Of a DNA stretch of 64,000 bases, positions 1 through 12,759 are shown one piece after another. Under the pieces are notes generated by a model. It was not told where the DNA came from, ran no database searches, and saw only the letters and a list, made by a program, of their open reading frames with translations. This DNA comes from Octopus vulgaris (taxonomy: Eukaryota): assembly GCA_951406725.2 (NCBI GenBank), contig OX597823.1, forward strand, positions 37,634,001-37,698,000. The letters run 5' to 3'. Each line of letters begins with the position of its first letter. The stretch's first letter is position 1. A program made the translations under genes and the position numbers.

Positions 1-1343
1 CATGCTAGAAACAACAGGTAAACAACATTATTTCTGAAGAAACTTCCCCGCTTTCCAAAAAGTTAAAAGTGAAACATTGGGAGTTTGTAGCGTTTTGAAA
101 GTGGTGAGGTGATGGGAAGGATATTTTAGTGTTTCTTTAAGAAAGAAGGAAGTAAATTCGTACACACTGTTTTTTTTTTCCTCCATGGATTACCATGTAA
201 AAAATTTGGAAAAAAGTTTAAAAAATTAAGAAATTGGGATGGGGAGGGAGAAAATTAAAATATTGAGAATGTGTTTTTTGGGCGATATCCCAATCTCCTG
301 TATTGAAAACATAAGAATCGGAAGAAATTCAGGGGGGAAAAAAATGGGGGGGGGGGGCAAATTTCACCTCAGGCATCCTAGAAACAACAGGTAATGGGCA
401 GGATTTCTAGAAAAACTTCTTTTTAAGTTTATATCAAAGATCAGGTTTTTAAATATGCTCATCACAAACGCAAATTACAGAATAGAAAAAGGTCATCTCA
501 GTTGGATTTGAGCTGTAATTTTGCACGTGCACACATCAAGAAATAACTCAATTCGTACAGAAGTTTTACCTAGAGAGTGTGTGAGTGTGTGTATGTGTAC
601 GCGCACACGCTAAAAGAAGTTATTTTATGGTATTCTTTTGTTTGAAGCAGCAAAGTTGTCAACTCGATAATATGGGATCATATGATTGTTTGTTAATATC
701 TGTAAATTATTTTAATTTCTTTATGCTTTGAAGAGAGCAGAAATGAAAAAAGAGGAGGTGAAAAAGGCAACATTTACTTTGAAGTGAGAGGAGAAAGTGA
801 AAGATATACATGTATATCAAATGTGTGTGTGTGAGCGAGTGAGTGAGTGAAGGTGTGTGCTGTCATGCATGTATTTTTTGCATGTTATTTGTAAGTGGCA
901 CTCAAGCGCTCTCTCTCTCTCTCTCTCTGACACACACACATTATCTTTCATATACACATACATATGCATTCATCTTTTACGTATGTACGTGTGCATGACT
1001 ATATTTCTTCATAACATGTAGAGAAATGGATGTCGTTCAATGAATTCGGAGAAACATCACTTCCATTATCAACACATCATCAATCTCGTAATGTGACACT
1101 TAGTAATTTTGGTTCAAATTGAAAGTGTGAAACTATTTTCACTTTCTAATGAAACCTGGTCGTTGTAAAGCTGTGTCTTTCAAATAGCTATAGCTAGTTG
1201 TTGAGATAATGTAGAAGATATGTAAATGAAAATGAAGTTTATTTGGTAGCCAAAAGATGACTGAATCTTTTGATACCCCATACGTCAAAATCAGCAACTC
1301 AGTTTTCGAATGCATAAGGAACATATGCGCGCACACACACAAA

Positions 1344-1375
<32 letters not shown>

Positions 1376-1377
1376 GA
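1..1377 (-). mobile_element. Non-autonomous Helitron-like element, partial (3' end outside window)
   Basis: Ends ...CACACAAACTCTCATATATA..TAGAT, giving A|TC on minus at 1377. Clearly homologous to 56357-57535, whose left end has a degenerate Helitron 3' hairpin. Internal repeat CTAGAAACAACAGGTA. Confidence 0.55.
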
Positions 1378-2084
1378 TAAATAAAGGAGCTTTGTTGGTT
1401 GATCAGCAAGAATTAGCAGCCAAACTATTTTAAAATTAAACTACCATCTTAAAAAAGGAAAGATATATTACATAATATAGCCCTAATTACATTGCCTTGG
1501 TAGGGAGGAATTTGGGACAGCTGCAATTTCATTAACTTTCATCATGGGCCTTCAGAATCATTAGGGCTGGTCTTGGGCTAAACTACAACATTGTATGCTA
1601 CTCTATAATAGAGAGAAAATATCTATAGGATTTAGCCGAAACTGTATGTAATATAGATATATTTAACAACTCAACAACTCTCTCTCTCGATATATATATG
1701 AATGAGGAAGACTTGAAGGTATGTGGCAACAAAGAAAGAATCTTTCCAGTATTTGAATTGAGAATAGCAACACTTGGTTGATGTGTAAAAAGTTAGTTAT
1801 CCACAGCAGTTGTTAGCAATACAGCTGGCATTATTGACTGTTGAAATGTTCAAAGTCATTTCAGATCATAAACAGAAACACATAAACTGAAAAAGGAGAA
1901 AAAAATGTGGAGCCAGATGGTAATGGAATGTATATCTTCTGGTTAACCTCAAGTGAATTACTTACATGCTACCAACACACACACACACACACACACTGCT
2001 GTGTAGGCTGAAATAGAGTTACATTCATATTTGTTATGATATATTATAAGAAACAGATCAGATATTCCCCCACCTCCTCAATTG

Positions 2085-2280
2085 TTATATGTTCACTGTC
2101 CATGCTGGCATAGACTGGGTAGGTTTGTTCACCTCAAGGAATCAGGAGTACTTTATCTTATTCACACTTTATTTTGGCTGGATGCCCTTCCCAGCACTAG
2201 CCACTCTACAGAGTGTACTGGGCATGTTTCTCATGAGACCAGCACTAATGAGGCAATGATACCCTTGTAACTAAAGGGAC
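2085..2280 (-). mobile_element. Decayed RTE-family 3' tail
   Basis: Reverse-complement matches to the tail motifs of the RTE at 20925-21093 (TCCATGCTGGCAT, GGCTGGATGCCCTTCC, CCACTCTACAGAGTGTA). Confidence 0.55.
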
Positions 2281-2700
2281 CTCACAACTCAACACCTTTG
2301 CTTGCTCATCCATGTCTATACAGAGTGAGAAGCAAGAGTAACAGTAGGAGGACTGATAGGAATACTTGGTATTTTGAGTTAAGTACATAATATACAAGGC
2401 AATATTTTAAAAATTTGCCTGTCCAAAGTAGTTTCATAACTTTGTCCTAAATATTCATGTTTGTTTTCACTCTAAGTCCTTGTTTCATACATTGTGTAAT
2501 ACAAACCTTTCCTTTCATAAATTCCAAGTTACTTCTGTGATGAAAAAAAAAACTGGGAATGTGCTTTATAAATGATGCCTCAGAGATATGTCCTGTGTAT
2601 TACAGGTGATACACAGGAGAGACATTTTTAGTGTGACATTGGTAAATGCTATTCAAAATGTGTCTTTATACACTGGTGGTTGAAAAATTTGGGAATATGT

Positions 2701-2920
2701 ATCTATTTCTTTACTACCCACAAGGGGCCAAACAAGGACAGACAAACGGGTTAAGTCAATTACATCAACCCCAGTGCATAACTGGTACTTAATTTATCGA
2801 TCCCGAAAGGATGAAAGGCAAAGTCAACCTCGGCGGAATTTGAACTCAGAACGCAGCAGCGGACGAAAAACCACAAAGCATTTCGTCCGGCATACTAACA
2901 TTTCTGCCAGCTCGCCGCTT
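2701..2920 (-). mobile_element. tRNA-derived SINE, family 1, with target-site duplication
   Basis: On minus: A-box-like GGCGAGCTGGCAGAA and B-box-like GAGTTCAAATTCC. TSD TTTGGGAATATGT(ATC) at 2688 and 2922. Many copies in the window. Confidence 0.85.
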
Positions 2921-3159
2921 TTTTGGGAATATGTATCATACATGATGCATGGACACCAGGGAAATATGTCATGATATCACATGTAATACTCAAAATAAGC
3001 AAAGGGTTAAGTAATGGAATATAAATTGCAGCAGCATAAATACAATGGTCTCAGCATCAACCAGGTTCAATTCTGGCTGACAGTATACCATCATCTCTAA
3101 GCCAGTAGGTTTATGAATATCTCCACTTGAATGTATTTTGACAAGGAGAGATGGGTGGG

Positions 3160-3215
3160 AGAAAGAAAGAAAGAGAGAAAGAAAGAAAGAGAGAAAGAAA
3201 GAAAGAGAGAAAGAA

Positions 3216-3308
<93 letters not shown>
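3160..3308. repeat. (GA)n/(GAAA)n microsatellite
   Basis: Directly visible; explains the ER/K-rich ORFs in the track. Confidence 0.95.
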
Positions 3309-3310
<2 letters not shown>

Positions 3311-3322
3311 AAATTTGCTTAC

Positions 3323-3375
3323 CTTACATTCCACAAGCTTAACATTTTTCACTGCTGGTAAATATTTTACATGAC
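3323..3375 (-). CDS. Candidate 53-nt internal exon of an unidentified host gene (xHVKYLPAVKNVKLVECK)
   Basis: Minus-strand acceptor ATTTTCATTTCTCTTCTCTTTGGCAG and donor AAG|GTAAGC. Only one of three frames is open. Unique sequence. Confidence 0.45.
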
Positions 3376-3593
3376 CTGCCAAAGAGAAGAGAAATGAAAA
3401 TCAGTCAGTCAGTCTGATAGTAGGGATAGGAAAAGAAATGATGCAAGTTATAGACATTTTCATTAAATACAATTCTTGTGAAGTTTAATCTCAACTTTAT
3501 ACAAACAACCTTCTACCTTGCTCACTTGGAATCTATGGTTTCATAGTAAATTCCAGTCTCTCATAATGTTTTAGGTGTTGGTTTCATAGTGTT

Positions 3594-4129
3594 CTATCTA
3601 TCTATCTATCTATCTTGTCCCAAGACTGTTTCCATACGTTTTCCCCACTCATCTCGATCCTCCATAATGGTTCTCAGTTCCTGTAGCCCTTCCACACCAG
3701 TATCCTCCAGCAAGTTGTCGAGATAAGTCGTCTTCCTCCTTCCTCTCCTGGTTCTTCCTTCTGTTGGTTGCCAGAGCACTAGCTTGTTAGCAATTTCATC
3801 GGCATGTCTGATGCAGTGTCCAGCTAGCCTCACCCTTCTATGCTGTATCTTCAATAATTTGGTAGTCCCTGGTATAAGTCGGCATTTGTTGTATGACTCT
3901 TCCAAGAAACATTGTGTGCCATTCTCAGCACCCTCGTATAACAACCGTCCAACTACTTCGTCAATGCTTTAGTGAGCGTCCACGTTTCTGTTCCGTATAG
4001 AAGAACAGACTCCACTGTTGCCAGAAACAACCTCACTTTCAATTTCCTTGCTAACTTTGAACTCCATGCCTTTCTCAATTTATGGCATGCACTCCAAGCA
4101 AGAGCTTTCCTTGCTACGATGTCTTTTTC
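3594..4129 (-). mobile_element. 5'-truncated RTE-like LINE fragment with (TAGA)n tail
   Basis: Translates to ...ATVESVLLYGTETWTLTKAL...RRVRLAGHCIRH...LWQPTEGRTRRGRRKTTY with a stop and frameshift. Possible TSD AGTGTT at 3588 and 4130. Confidence 0.85.
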
Positions 4130-5071
4130 AGTGTTGCTGTGTGGTGGCTTAATGCAACTATCATCTTTGTTGGTACAAACAGTGACCTTGCTACCATGTT
4201 ATCCCGTGGGAAATTTCCAGAAGGAGGCTCACCTATCAATATCTATAACATTTGTTCTCTCTAATCAGAGAAGTACCTCGATACAATGGCTACTAGGGAC
4301 CTTCAAAAGCAGAACACAACCAATATCAATTCACCAAGAAGTTTGCAAGTACTTAACCTCATATTATAGTTTCGGCATTATTCCAATATTGAATATTTTG
4401 AAGGAACTTCATTATCTCTAAGTGATTCTCAAACTATCCAATGAGCCCCCTACACTATGATATTAAAACAGTTTCATATATCACAGCAGAGCGCATGACT
4501 TTAAAAGAGGCAGCAATAAACCAAACACTACCTTATGATGCACTCTTAAGTAACACTAGTACTCTTTGATGAGAATTAATGCAAAAGAACAAGTGTAAGT
4601 GTTAGGTAATGCAGGTAAATTACTGGATCAGTGTTTTTAACAATTCAAAAAGCATCAATGACACTTTTCTCTTAAAGAACATATTTCTGAATAGCAGCTG
4701 AGATCAATCTAAGGAAGTTTAGATGGCTCTTCCCCTGCCCAGTGTCTCTCCACATGATGCAGTTTCATGCCATCTCTTTTGTGAATATTCAATATTTCTG
4801 AGATCATTCTTAATCCATTCTTCCTTTTTTACAGGTTTCTTTTACTTAGGTCCCATCCTTCTTCACACTACCAACAATCTCCATACACATCACATGCCCA
4901 CATTAGCAATCTCATCCCTCTTCCATATTAGGACTGATTCCTATGATGTCCATTCTTCTCTTTCAGCTCACCTGTTTTCTGTCATCAATTCTACACACCA
5001 ACATTACCCATTCAGTGAAGCATAGAGACCTAATTCCTTTCCAGTTTTTCTCTACACCCATAGCCTATATC

Positions 5072-5073
<2 letters not shown>

Positions 5074-5147
<74 letters not shown>
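5074..5147. repeat. Compound (TA)n(GA)n microsatellite
   Basis: Directly visible; a similar one lies at about 6030-6091. Confidence 0.95.
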
Positions 5148-5151
<4 letters not shown>

Positions 5152-6026
5152 TTTGTTGCCTACAGAGGTATTAGCCTCCTTTATTATACTTTTGCAACAT
5201 CTATTTTGTTTGCTGATTAGGTCACCCAGGTAACAGAAGCTCCTGGATAACTGAAGGTTTGCATTTGAAATGTAAAACTCATACTCAGTTAATTAAAAAA
5301 TCATAAGAGATGCATTTTATCGTGTGTGTGTACATATATGTGTGGGTAACTGATACATGTAAACAACTTTGGCCTAAAAATTACAAATCAAAAACAGTGA
5401 ATTATAAATAGTAAAAAGGTACAAATAAACAAAAACATGTTTTAAGTCAAATATATTAGGTGAGGAAGATAGGGGGTGGGGATCCTGTTACTGTAACAGC
5501 ATTGTTGTTGAAATGGTAAAAACGCAAATATTTTTCTGGCCAAAATAGATAAATCATAATTGTTCTCATGAGATTTGAGATTGCTTATCTCTGAGATCAA
5601 GGAGAAATTTATAAATACACATCCATGTACACAAACAAACATGTATGACTGTATTTTTAGGTACATATACATGTCTCTGGATAGTTACACACCCACTCTC
5701 TCTCTCTCTCTCTCCATTGTATATATTTATGCAAACAGAGAAGGTTTATGAAAGTAGGCTACTTGAACAATGAGAATTTTCAAGTTGTTTGTGAGCAAGA
5801 ACAACAGCTAAGTAAACAATGTTGAGGTTTTAGGAAGCAAAATGTCTTTACAACACTGTTATATCTAGGGCAATGGAGTTGATGGAGAAGGTATAGGATT
5901 TAACTGGGTGCTTTATACTCATTCAGTGTCTCATGTTTCTGGGTCCAAATTCTGAGAGAACTGAACTGTACCTCAAAGGTCAATAAATTATATATACTAT
6001 AAAGTATGTATGTATGTGTATGTGTG

Positions 6027-6091
<65 letters not shown>

Positions 6092-6654
6092 AATATCATG
6101 TTATCCCAATATACATAAAATAGAATATCACAAAAATGTCACTGAAAATGGTTTACTATAATCCAGATTACATAATGGGGAGGAAGAGAAAGATCCCAAA
6201 CGCTCTTGGAATAAATCTTAAGAGTTTATTTGGAATTAGTAACTAGGGGAGCTGTAATCAGCATTATTCACACAAGCAATAGGTTGCTTTAAAAAGTAAG
6301 TATCATCTGTAATGTTGAAACCCTACAGTACAATCTAATATAATAAATGCAAAAACTAATTTCTGTGTGTCAGTGCGTCACACTTTGACCCTCTCTCTCT
6401 CACTATCCATTGACATGTCTACTATTGCTCATATTGAGGTGAGAGTAATAATAGGCATAGAGATGATGAGGGAGAGAGAGATAGAGAGAGAGAGAGAGAA
6501 AGAGACAAAGAAATTTAGGGAGGGTTGATGATGCTTTTATTAAAAGTAGTAATGTTGATGGTGGCAGTGGGAGTAATAATAAAAGAGAGAAAGAGTGGGT
6601 GTGTGAGAAAAACATGAACCAAAGCAGCAAACACAAGCTATAATGAAATACCCT

Positions 6655-6840
6655 TTACCCTTTTGATCCACCTAAGAAGGTTCTTGGTTCTATGAAACAA
6701 ATTTTCTGTCTTAAAGTAATCTAAATTAAAATCTTCCATCAAAATTTTACGTTAACTTGTTCTAAACATCGACTTAATAGTGACAGTTATTTAATAAAGG
6801 TATTATTTAAAAAATTGAAACAGGTAACAAAACTGTTAAA
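6655..6840 (+). mobile_element. TTAA-type (piggyBac-like) MITE, family A
   Basis: Shares the core AAAGT.ATCTAA.TTAAAA.CTTCCATCAAAATT..ATGTTAA with copies at 12155, 32180, 50710, 54637 and 58854. Confidence 0.6.
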
Positions 6841-6949
6841 ATACAACTCAGTACCAAAATGGTAAGCAAGAACCTGTTGTATTTTCAGAATTTAAATATG
6901 AGTACTATTGTAGGCTCTTCTTTTTTTCCCCTTTTTTTCTGCCTTCAAT

Positions 6950-7190
6950 TCTTAGACCAGGTGGTGCCTTGTGTTCCTGAGCAAAACACTTCATCCCACA
7001 TTGCTCTGCAATCACTTCAACATCTGACACATGATGTGCTATGCATCTGTTCAGGCAAAGACAATTTGGTGGAGAGAGTGAGCTAATGTACAGCACCTAC
7101 ATTTGATCACTATAAACAAATCATCTGTGCAGATTGTTCAGCAAAAGCTGAACACTCATACATTGTCTTCAACAGGAGAGTCCACCATTA
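6950..7190 (+). mobile_element. CORE-like SINE remnant
   Basis: CORE-like segment TTGTGTTCCTGAGCAAAACACTTCAT and an ATT-type tail. Confidence 0.4.
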
Positions 7191-7297
7191 TTATTTACTA
7201 TTGTTTGTTATTTGAAAAGATAACACAATGAAAGGGAAATTATTCTTAATGAAAATTGAGACCTGATTGTAAATTCAACCACTACCCTTATACATAT

Positions 7298-7497
7298 TAG
7301 CTTCAAATTTTGGCACAATGCCAGCAATTACAGGGGAGAGGTTAAGTCAGTTATATCAACCCCAGTGGTTGACTGATATTTATTTTATCAACTCCAAAAA
7401 CATGAAAGGCAAAGTCGACCTTGGCAGCATTTGAACTCAGAACATAAAGACGGACAAAATACCACTAAGCTTTTTGCCTGTCGCTGCCTCACCACCC
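7298..7497 (-). mobile_element. tRNA-derived SINE, family 1
   Basis: Homologous to 2701-2920 (ATCAACCCCAGT...ATGAAAGGCAAAGTCGACCT...TTTGAACTCAGAAC). Confidence 0.8.
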
Positions 7498-9699
7498 CAA
7501 TATATATTAGCAATAGTTTCTCACACTGGTAAAAGGCCAAGAGTTTGTACAGAAGGACAGAATCAATCCAATCAATTCTAACAGATGGCTGCTACTTATT
7601 TTATTCCATGAAGATGAATGGTAAAGTTGACGTTCACAGGATTTTAATTTGGAACAAAGTGGCATGGAATTAAAGGTCAGAAATATCTTTGTCAAGTATT
7701 TTACTGTTCCTACCACCCCACCCTATAATGATATAACAACAACACCATGGTGTGACCAAAAATAGTTACAGGTTATGAGAGGAGAAAATAAAACTCGTAG
7801 GAATTTGATGAACACTTTCATTTTAGCAAAAATAACACAATTGAACACCATAATAATAGTTTATTCACTTAGCAAAATTGCCCCTCTTCTCTATATTCTC
7901 TTGATCAATTTATCAACAGAATAAAACAGATACATCATTTACTGACAGTCATTAAGATATTTTTCACAAAATATTAAAATACATTAATGAAGGAAAGAAA
8001 AAAAATTAATGGATTATTTTGGTAGAGGAAATAATCAAAAAATAAAATTGAGTTTTATAAGTGCCTGGCAAATATCAAAGACCAAATGGGGTTGAGTGAA
8101 GAGAAACAAACGTAAATTCTTGACTGTAACTAGTTTAATGTGGGTTATGTAAAACCTCCAAGAAAGTCAAATACCACATAATCTCATTTATTGTTCCCTT
8201 GTAATCTGAGATTCTTACTATACATAGAAGAAATCAATATTCAAAGTATCTAGTAGGTTTGAGAAACTAGCACTAGATATCGTTCTCTACTTAATCAGAT
8301 ACACTGACTGAAGAGTAACCCTGTAAATGTCGAAGCAAGCAAGTGAACAAGCTTGGTTTCTGTCAGATGCCCAACACACACACTCACACACACATACACA
8401 CGAAACCTGGTCTCTGCCCAACTTCCAATATCACAGCTAAAGTTATTGATTATCAATTTCCTGTTTCCAATAATAGCCCAATAGATAGTTATTTCTGTCC
8501 AGAGTAATCACTCAGTAGTAATGCTGATGGTAGCAGTAAAGTAAATCTGCTGGTTGGCAGGGAGCCGATCACTGGAACATAATGAGTAATAAAACAGTTT
8601 AGCAGAAGTCACTAATAACCACAAGAAAAATTAATAAGCCAAGTAGCTTTAACTAATTTTCTACTGAACAAACTCAAAAAAGTTATTTATAGGATTTTTT
8701 TTTTCTTTTCAGATTATTAAAAAGAAATTAAGAATAACAGAACCATAAAATATTACAATAGGTACTTAACATATCATTCCTATTGTAATTTTCCATGCAA
8801 GTAGAGCTGACAGAAATTTGTTTAAACTTGCACTGTTTAAAAGGTCAGCAAGTCAATCAGAAACAAAGCAACATTGACATGTTTTGCAAGAAAACACTAC
8901 ATTGGAGCAGCTTCTGATGCCTTCTCTAGGGCACAGGAGGGGTTGAACTCATTTTTATTTATCAAACCAATTTATTATTGTTATTGTTTAGCCCTATCAC
9001 TGTACCACTATACATTTTTTGACAGTTTATCATCTAGAACTACATAACCAATACTATTATAAATGTACTAAGGTCTTATAATTATTCCAAGCAAATTACT
9101 AATCAAAATCTAGGCAAGTTAAAAATCTCAGAAAACAACATATAGGGGAGGTAACTCCACTAAGATGAGTTGATCATAAGTTTTGGGGGATTTTAAAGTC
9201 AACTTATGAAAGTAATTAATAGGTTTTAGTTTTATTAAACAAACATTCTACTTAACAAAACTAAGACTGATCAGTGGGCCGGGAGGGGGGGGTGAACAGC
9301 GTTTATAAGTGAAACAAAGTCCAGCTGACTTGATCTTCACATCTGACTTTGTTCTAAGTATTGAGAGTCATCCCATTAGTAAATTTCCATTGTTTTAGTA
9401 AAGACCAAATTTCTAGTAAGCAAGAAATACTAATATTTTCAGGAAAAGGGTACTGTTTGATATGTAGAAAAATTGTAGGTAAATATTCCATATGGTATAC
9501 TCAGTGCAAATTATGGACAAATACAAGGTACAGTTGAATCACAAGAGGTTAACAGAGGAAGTAGACTTTGTGGTAGATGTGCAGGAGCAATAAGCACTAA
9601 GAGCATATGTGTTCCTCTCCTTCTAGAAAGCTTTAACCTCTCTATATCTGGCACAAAACCACCTCCCTAAATACTGCATCCGCAGTGAACTTAACTTGT

Positions 9700-9885
9700 G
9701 AATTACATGGTGATTTCACTAGTGTTGGTGTCATTAAAAAAATTTTTTTAAACCAGTACACTGTAAAGTGGATGACATTAGAAAGACATCTAGCAGAAAT
9801 TAGGGCTCAATGCAGGCCAGTGGCCCATCAGACTATCAAACTATGTGACCCATGCCAGCACAGAAAATGGGCATTAAATAATGAT
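9700..9885 (+). mobile_element. Decayed RTE-type 3' tail
   Basis: GTTGGTGTCATTAAAAA...ACACTGTAAAGTGG...CCCATGCCAGCAC...ATTAAATAATGAT resembles 20900-21093. Confidence 0.5.
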
Positions 9886-10947
9886 TGTGTATGTGTGTGC
9901 ATGTGTGTGTGTGTATGCATGCATGTGTAAAGGAATGAGGCAACTGATCATGAATACCAACAATATGGCTGAGGTGAAATACTTGAGGAGCAACAAAAAC
10001 AGAAATATGGTAGTATTTCACATATGCAGTCAAATAAGTTGAAAAACTTCAACCAAGTGATTTTTATCATTAGTGTATTGATTAGCAATGATTCTATTTG
10101 CTTCATCAGAACATCTTAAGATGGCTGGGACAGGGTGCTGGAATATTTTATTACCAACACAATTTCTTCCATCAAGCCTGGTACTTTCCCATTTCACACC
10201 TTTCTGAGGTCCATTAGCAGAAATATGAGAAAATCTTACCGGAAAATAAAGTTGAAGGCTGATTGGTGAAGTGAGTCATCACAGTGCAATGGCATTAATT
10301 TGGCAAACAACAATTAAAAAACTGGTTGGATTCTTGCTTGAAATCAATGAAGAGAGCTCAACCGAACATAATGACATCACAGGATAATGACTTACATTTC
10401 TAAGGTTATGTAACTCTATGTTGCATGCAGACATACAGACAAATTAGAAGAGAATTACTGTGAAAATGAGAAGTAAGAATGAATGTAGTTGCTATAGCAG
10501 TGGATGTGAGGATGTAATGGTCGCTAGGAGAAAGATTTATTTCTCTTTTCTTTTCTATCAAATTGTATTTTCTTCAACTTCTATTTTCAAAAATGAAAGA
10601 AGTATGGTGTTGTCTAACTGATGAAAGACAGAATAATAAAGACTGCACTAATTAGAGTGTAACAAGGATCATTAGCTGAATATACACCGCAGTGGTGAGT
10701 TTATAAGGAGAGATGATATATCTAATGACAATGGAAGATGTATGCTGGATGTAAAAGGGATGTGAATTAGAGAATAAAGAGTAGCTTCAGTTTAGTTTGA
10801 CAAAGGGAAATACTGTAGGTGTGATTGTCTGATCAGAAGAGACAAAAGGTGATCACAACACCAGGAAGAATGCAGTGTTGAAGGTATACTGCTCTAAGTC
10901 ATACCAGTATATAAAAACATACGTTCCAGATGGTAACAGAGTATAGA

Positions 10948-10982
<35 letters not shown>

Positions 10983-10983
<1 letters not shown>

Positions 10984-12130
10984 GGTTGTCTGGAAAGTTC
11001 TGAGTGTTTTTAAGCTAAATTTTTTAACACTTCATTGAATACAGGTGAAGCATAATAACACAGTTAAAACCTTAGCGTTGCTTGAAGTAGTAGTGCATCT
11101 CTTCTTTGTTCCTGACTAAAAATAGATTTATCTTTCATTCCGGTTACCCTTTATTAACATTTGAAATGGATAACCAAAAATTTCATATTCGTGTTATGAT
11201 GCTTTACTCTTTTTAAAAAAAAGGAGAAAATGCTGCAAAGACTTGCAAAAACATTTGTGAAGTTTATGGTGATGATGTGGTAGGTGAATCAACTGTTCGA
11301 AGGTGGTTTGCAAAATTTAAAGCTGGAGAGTTTAGCTTGGAAGATGACAGACACAGTGGAAAACCTTCAAAATTGGATGGAAATGTTTTGAAGGCAAAAA
11401 TCAAAGAAAACTCAAATATCACAACCAGAGAACTTGTGGAGGAGTTGGAAGTTTCTAAAAGTATGACTCATGAACACCTAGTAAAGCTAGGATACATTTC
11501 TCACTATAATATATGGGTCTCTCACAAACTTTCAGAAAAGAATTGCTTGAAATGATATTCTGTCTGTGATGTGCTTTTGAAATGGAATGAAAGCATGCCT
11601 TTTTTGAAACAACATCTGACTGGAGATGGAATTGTGTACAAAAATGTAGTAAGCAAAAGATCCTGGGGTTTGCATAAGGATCCCCCAAAACAGCAACCAA
11701 AGACGATTATCCATGCCAAAAAAGCTATGCTTTGTGTTTGGTGGGGGTCATAAAGGCATCATTTACAATGAGCTTCACCCACAAAACCAGACCATTAATT
11801 CTGATGTGTGCTGCTGTCAGCTGGTTAATTTGAAGCAAAAAAAAAATCAAAGAATTGAGACCAGAGATTGTCTACAGAAAACAAGACAATGCACGATCAT
11901 GTGTCTTTGGCTACCCGAACAAAAGTACATGAACTTGGCTGGGACCTCTTACCCCATCCACGTTTAATGATGGCGTCAATATGCATCTAGATAACAATTT
12001 TTCTTCAAAACCAGTCAAATTTTATGCTGATGGAATATTCAAATTGTCTGATAGATGGGCAAAGATCATTAATAATAATGGAAATTATTTCATTGAATAA
12101 AATTTATTGAAAGGTCAATTATTTATATCC
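10983..12130 (+). mobile_element. Decayed mariner DNA transposon (transposase pseudogene about 11166-12100)
   Basis: MDNQKFHIRVMMLY, STVRRWFAKFKAGEFSLEDDRHSGKP, WVSHKL (WVPHEL motif), HAKKAMLCVWW, LGWDLLPHP and NGNYFIE*. Frameshifts, stops and a deletion across the YSPDL region. Starts after a TA run. Confidence 0.9.
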
Positions 12131-12154
12131 CTTTTAGCAATTTATTTTATATGT

Positions 12155-12358
12155 TTAACTCTTTTGTTGTCATAGTTTCTACTGAAATACACTACCTTTG
12201 TCAGAATTAATTTTGAAAATAATGGAAAACGTAATAAAATAACTGTTATCAAGCTGGTCTTTGGAATATAAGTTAGCATGAAATTTTGCCAGAAGTTTTT
12301 AATTTAAATCATTTTAAAACAGGGGTGGTCTCAGGTGGTTTGGTATCAAAAGGGTTAA
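12155..12358 (-). mobile_element. TTAA MITE, family A
   Basis: TTAACTCTTTTGTT...ATCAAAAGGGTTAA termini; internal homology to the other copies. Confidence 0.75.
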
Positions 12359-12563
12359 TGATGTGACTTCTCAGGAAGTACATCTAGTTATAAGATAGAT
12401 TTCCAATGGATGATATTTATTTTGTTGGAAACAAATAGTTCAAACAATGTCGACAGCAATATATAAAATACATGAATAATGCCTATTATTGAGTGCTCCT
12501 ATATTAACGAATCTTCTCTTCCAGTAAAGAGCATCAAAACAAACAAAGCTTGATGAAACAGAT

Positions 12564-12759
12564 TTAATCCTTTAGCATTCAGATTACTTTGAATTAATTA
12601 TATATTATCTTATGTCTTTGATAATTCGATTATGTGATTGTATAAATTTTTAGAATAATATTGTAGAGTAAGTGTGAGAAGCTAGATCTGGCCAATTCAA
12701 ACATAAAATGGGTAGAATATCTGGGCTGGATTTGGCTGGTTTAAATGCTAAAGGGTTAA
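12564..12759 (+). mobile_element. TTAA MITE, family B
   Basis: TIRs TTAATCCTTTAGCATT / AATGCTAAAGGGTTAA; copies at about 28355-28563 and 50489-50700. Confidence 0.8.

Noticed and set aside
1966-2007. Minus-strand mini-exon with good splice sites
   Set aside because: Mostly TG repeat, and it has a stop in the phase that would follow the 3323-3375 exon.
2990-3382. ER-rich and SL-rich ORFs
   Set aside because: Translations of the GA microsatellite; only 3323-3375 has splice support.
8300-8370. Minimal hammerhead (CTGAAGAG...CGAAGC...GTCAG)
   Set aside because: GAAA is broken and stems II and III do not line up with a cleavage triplet.
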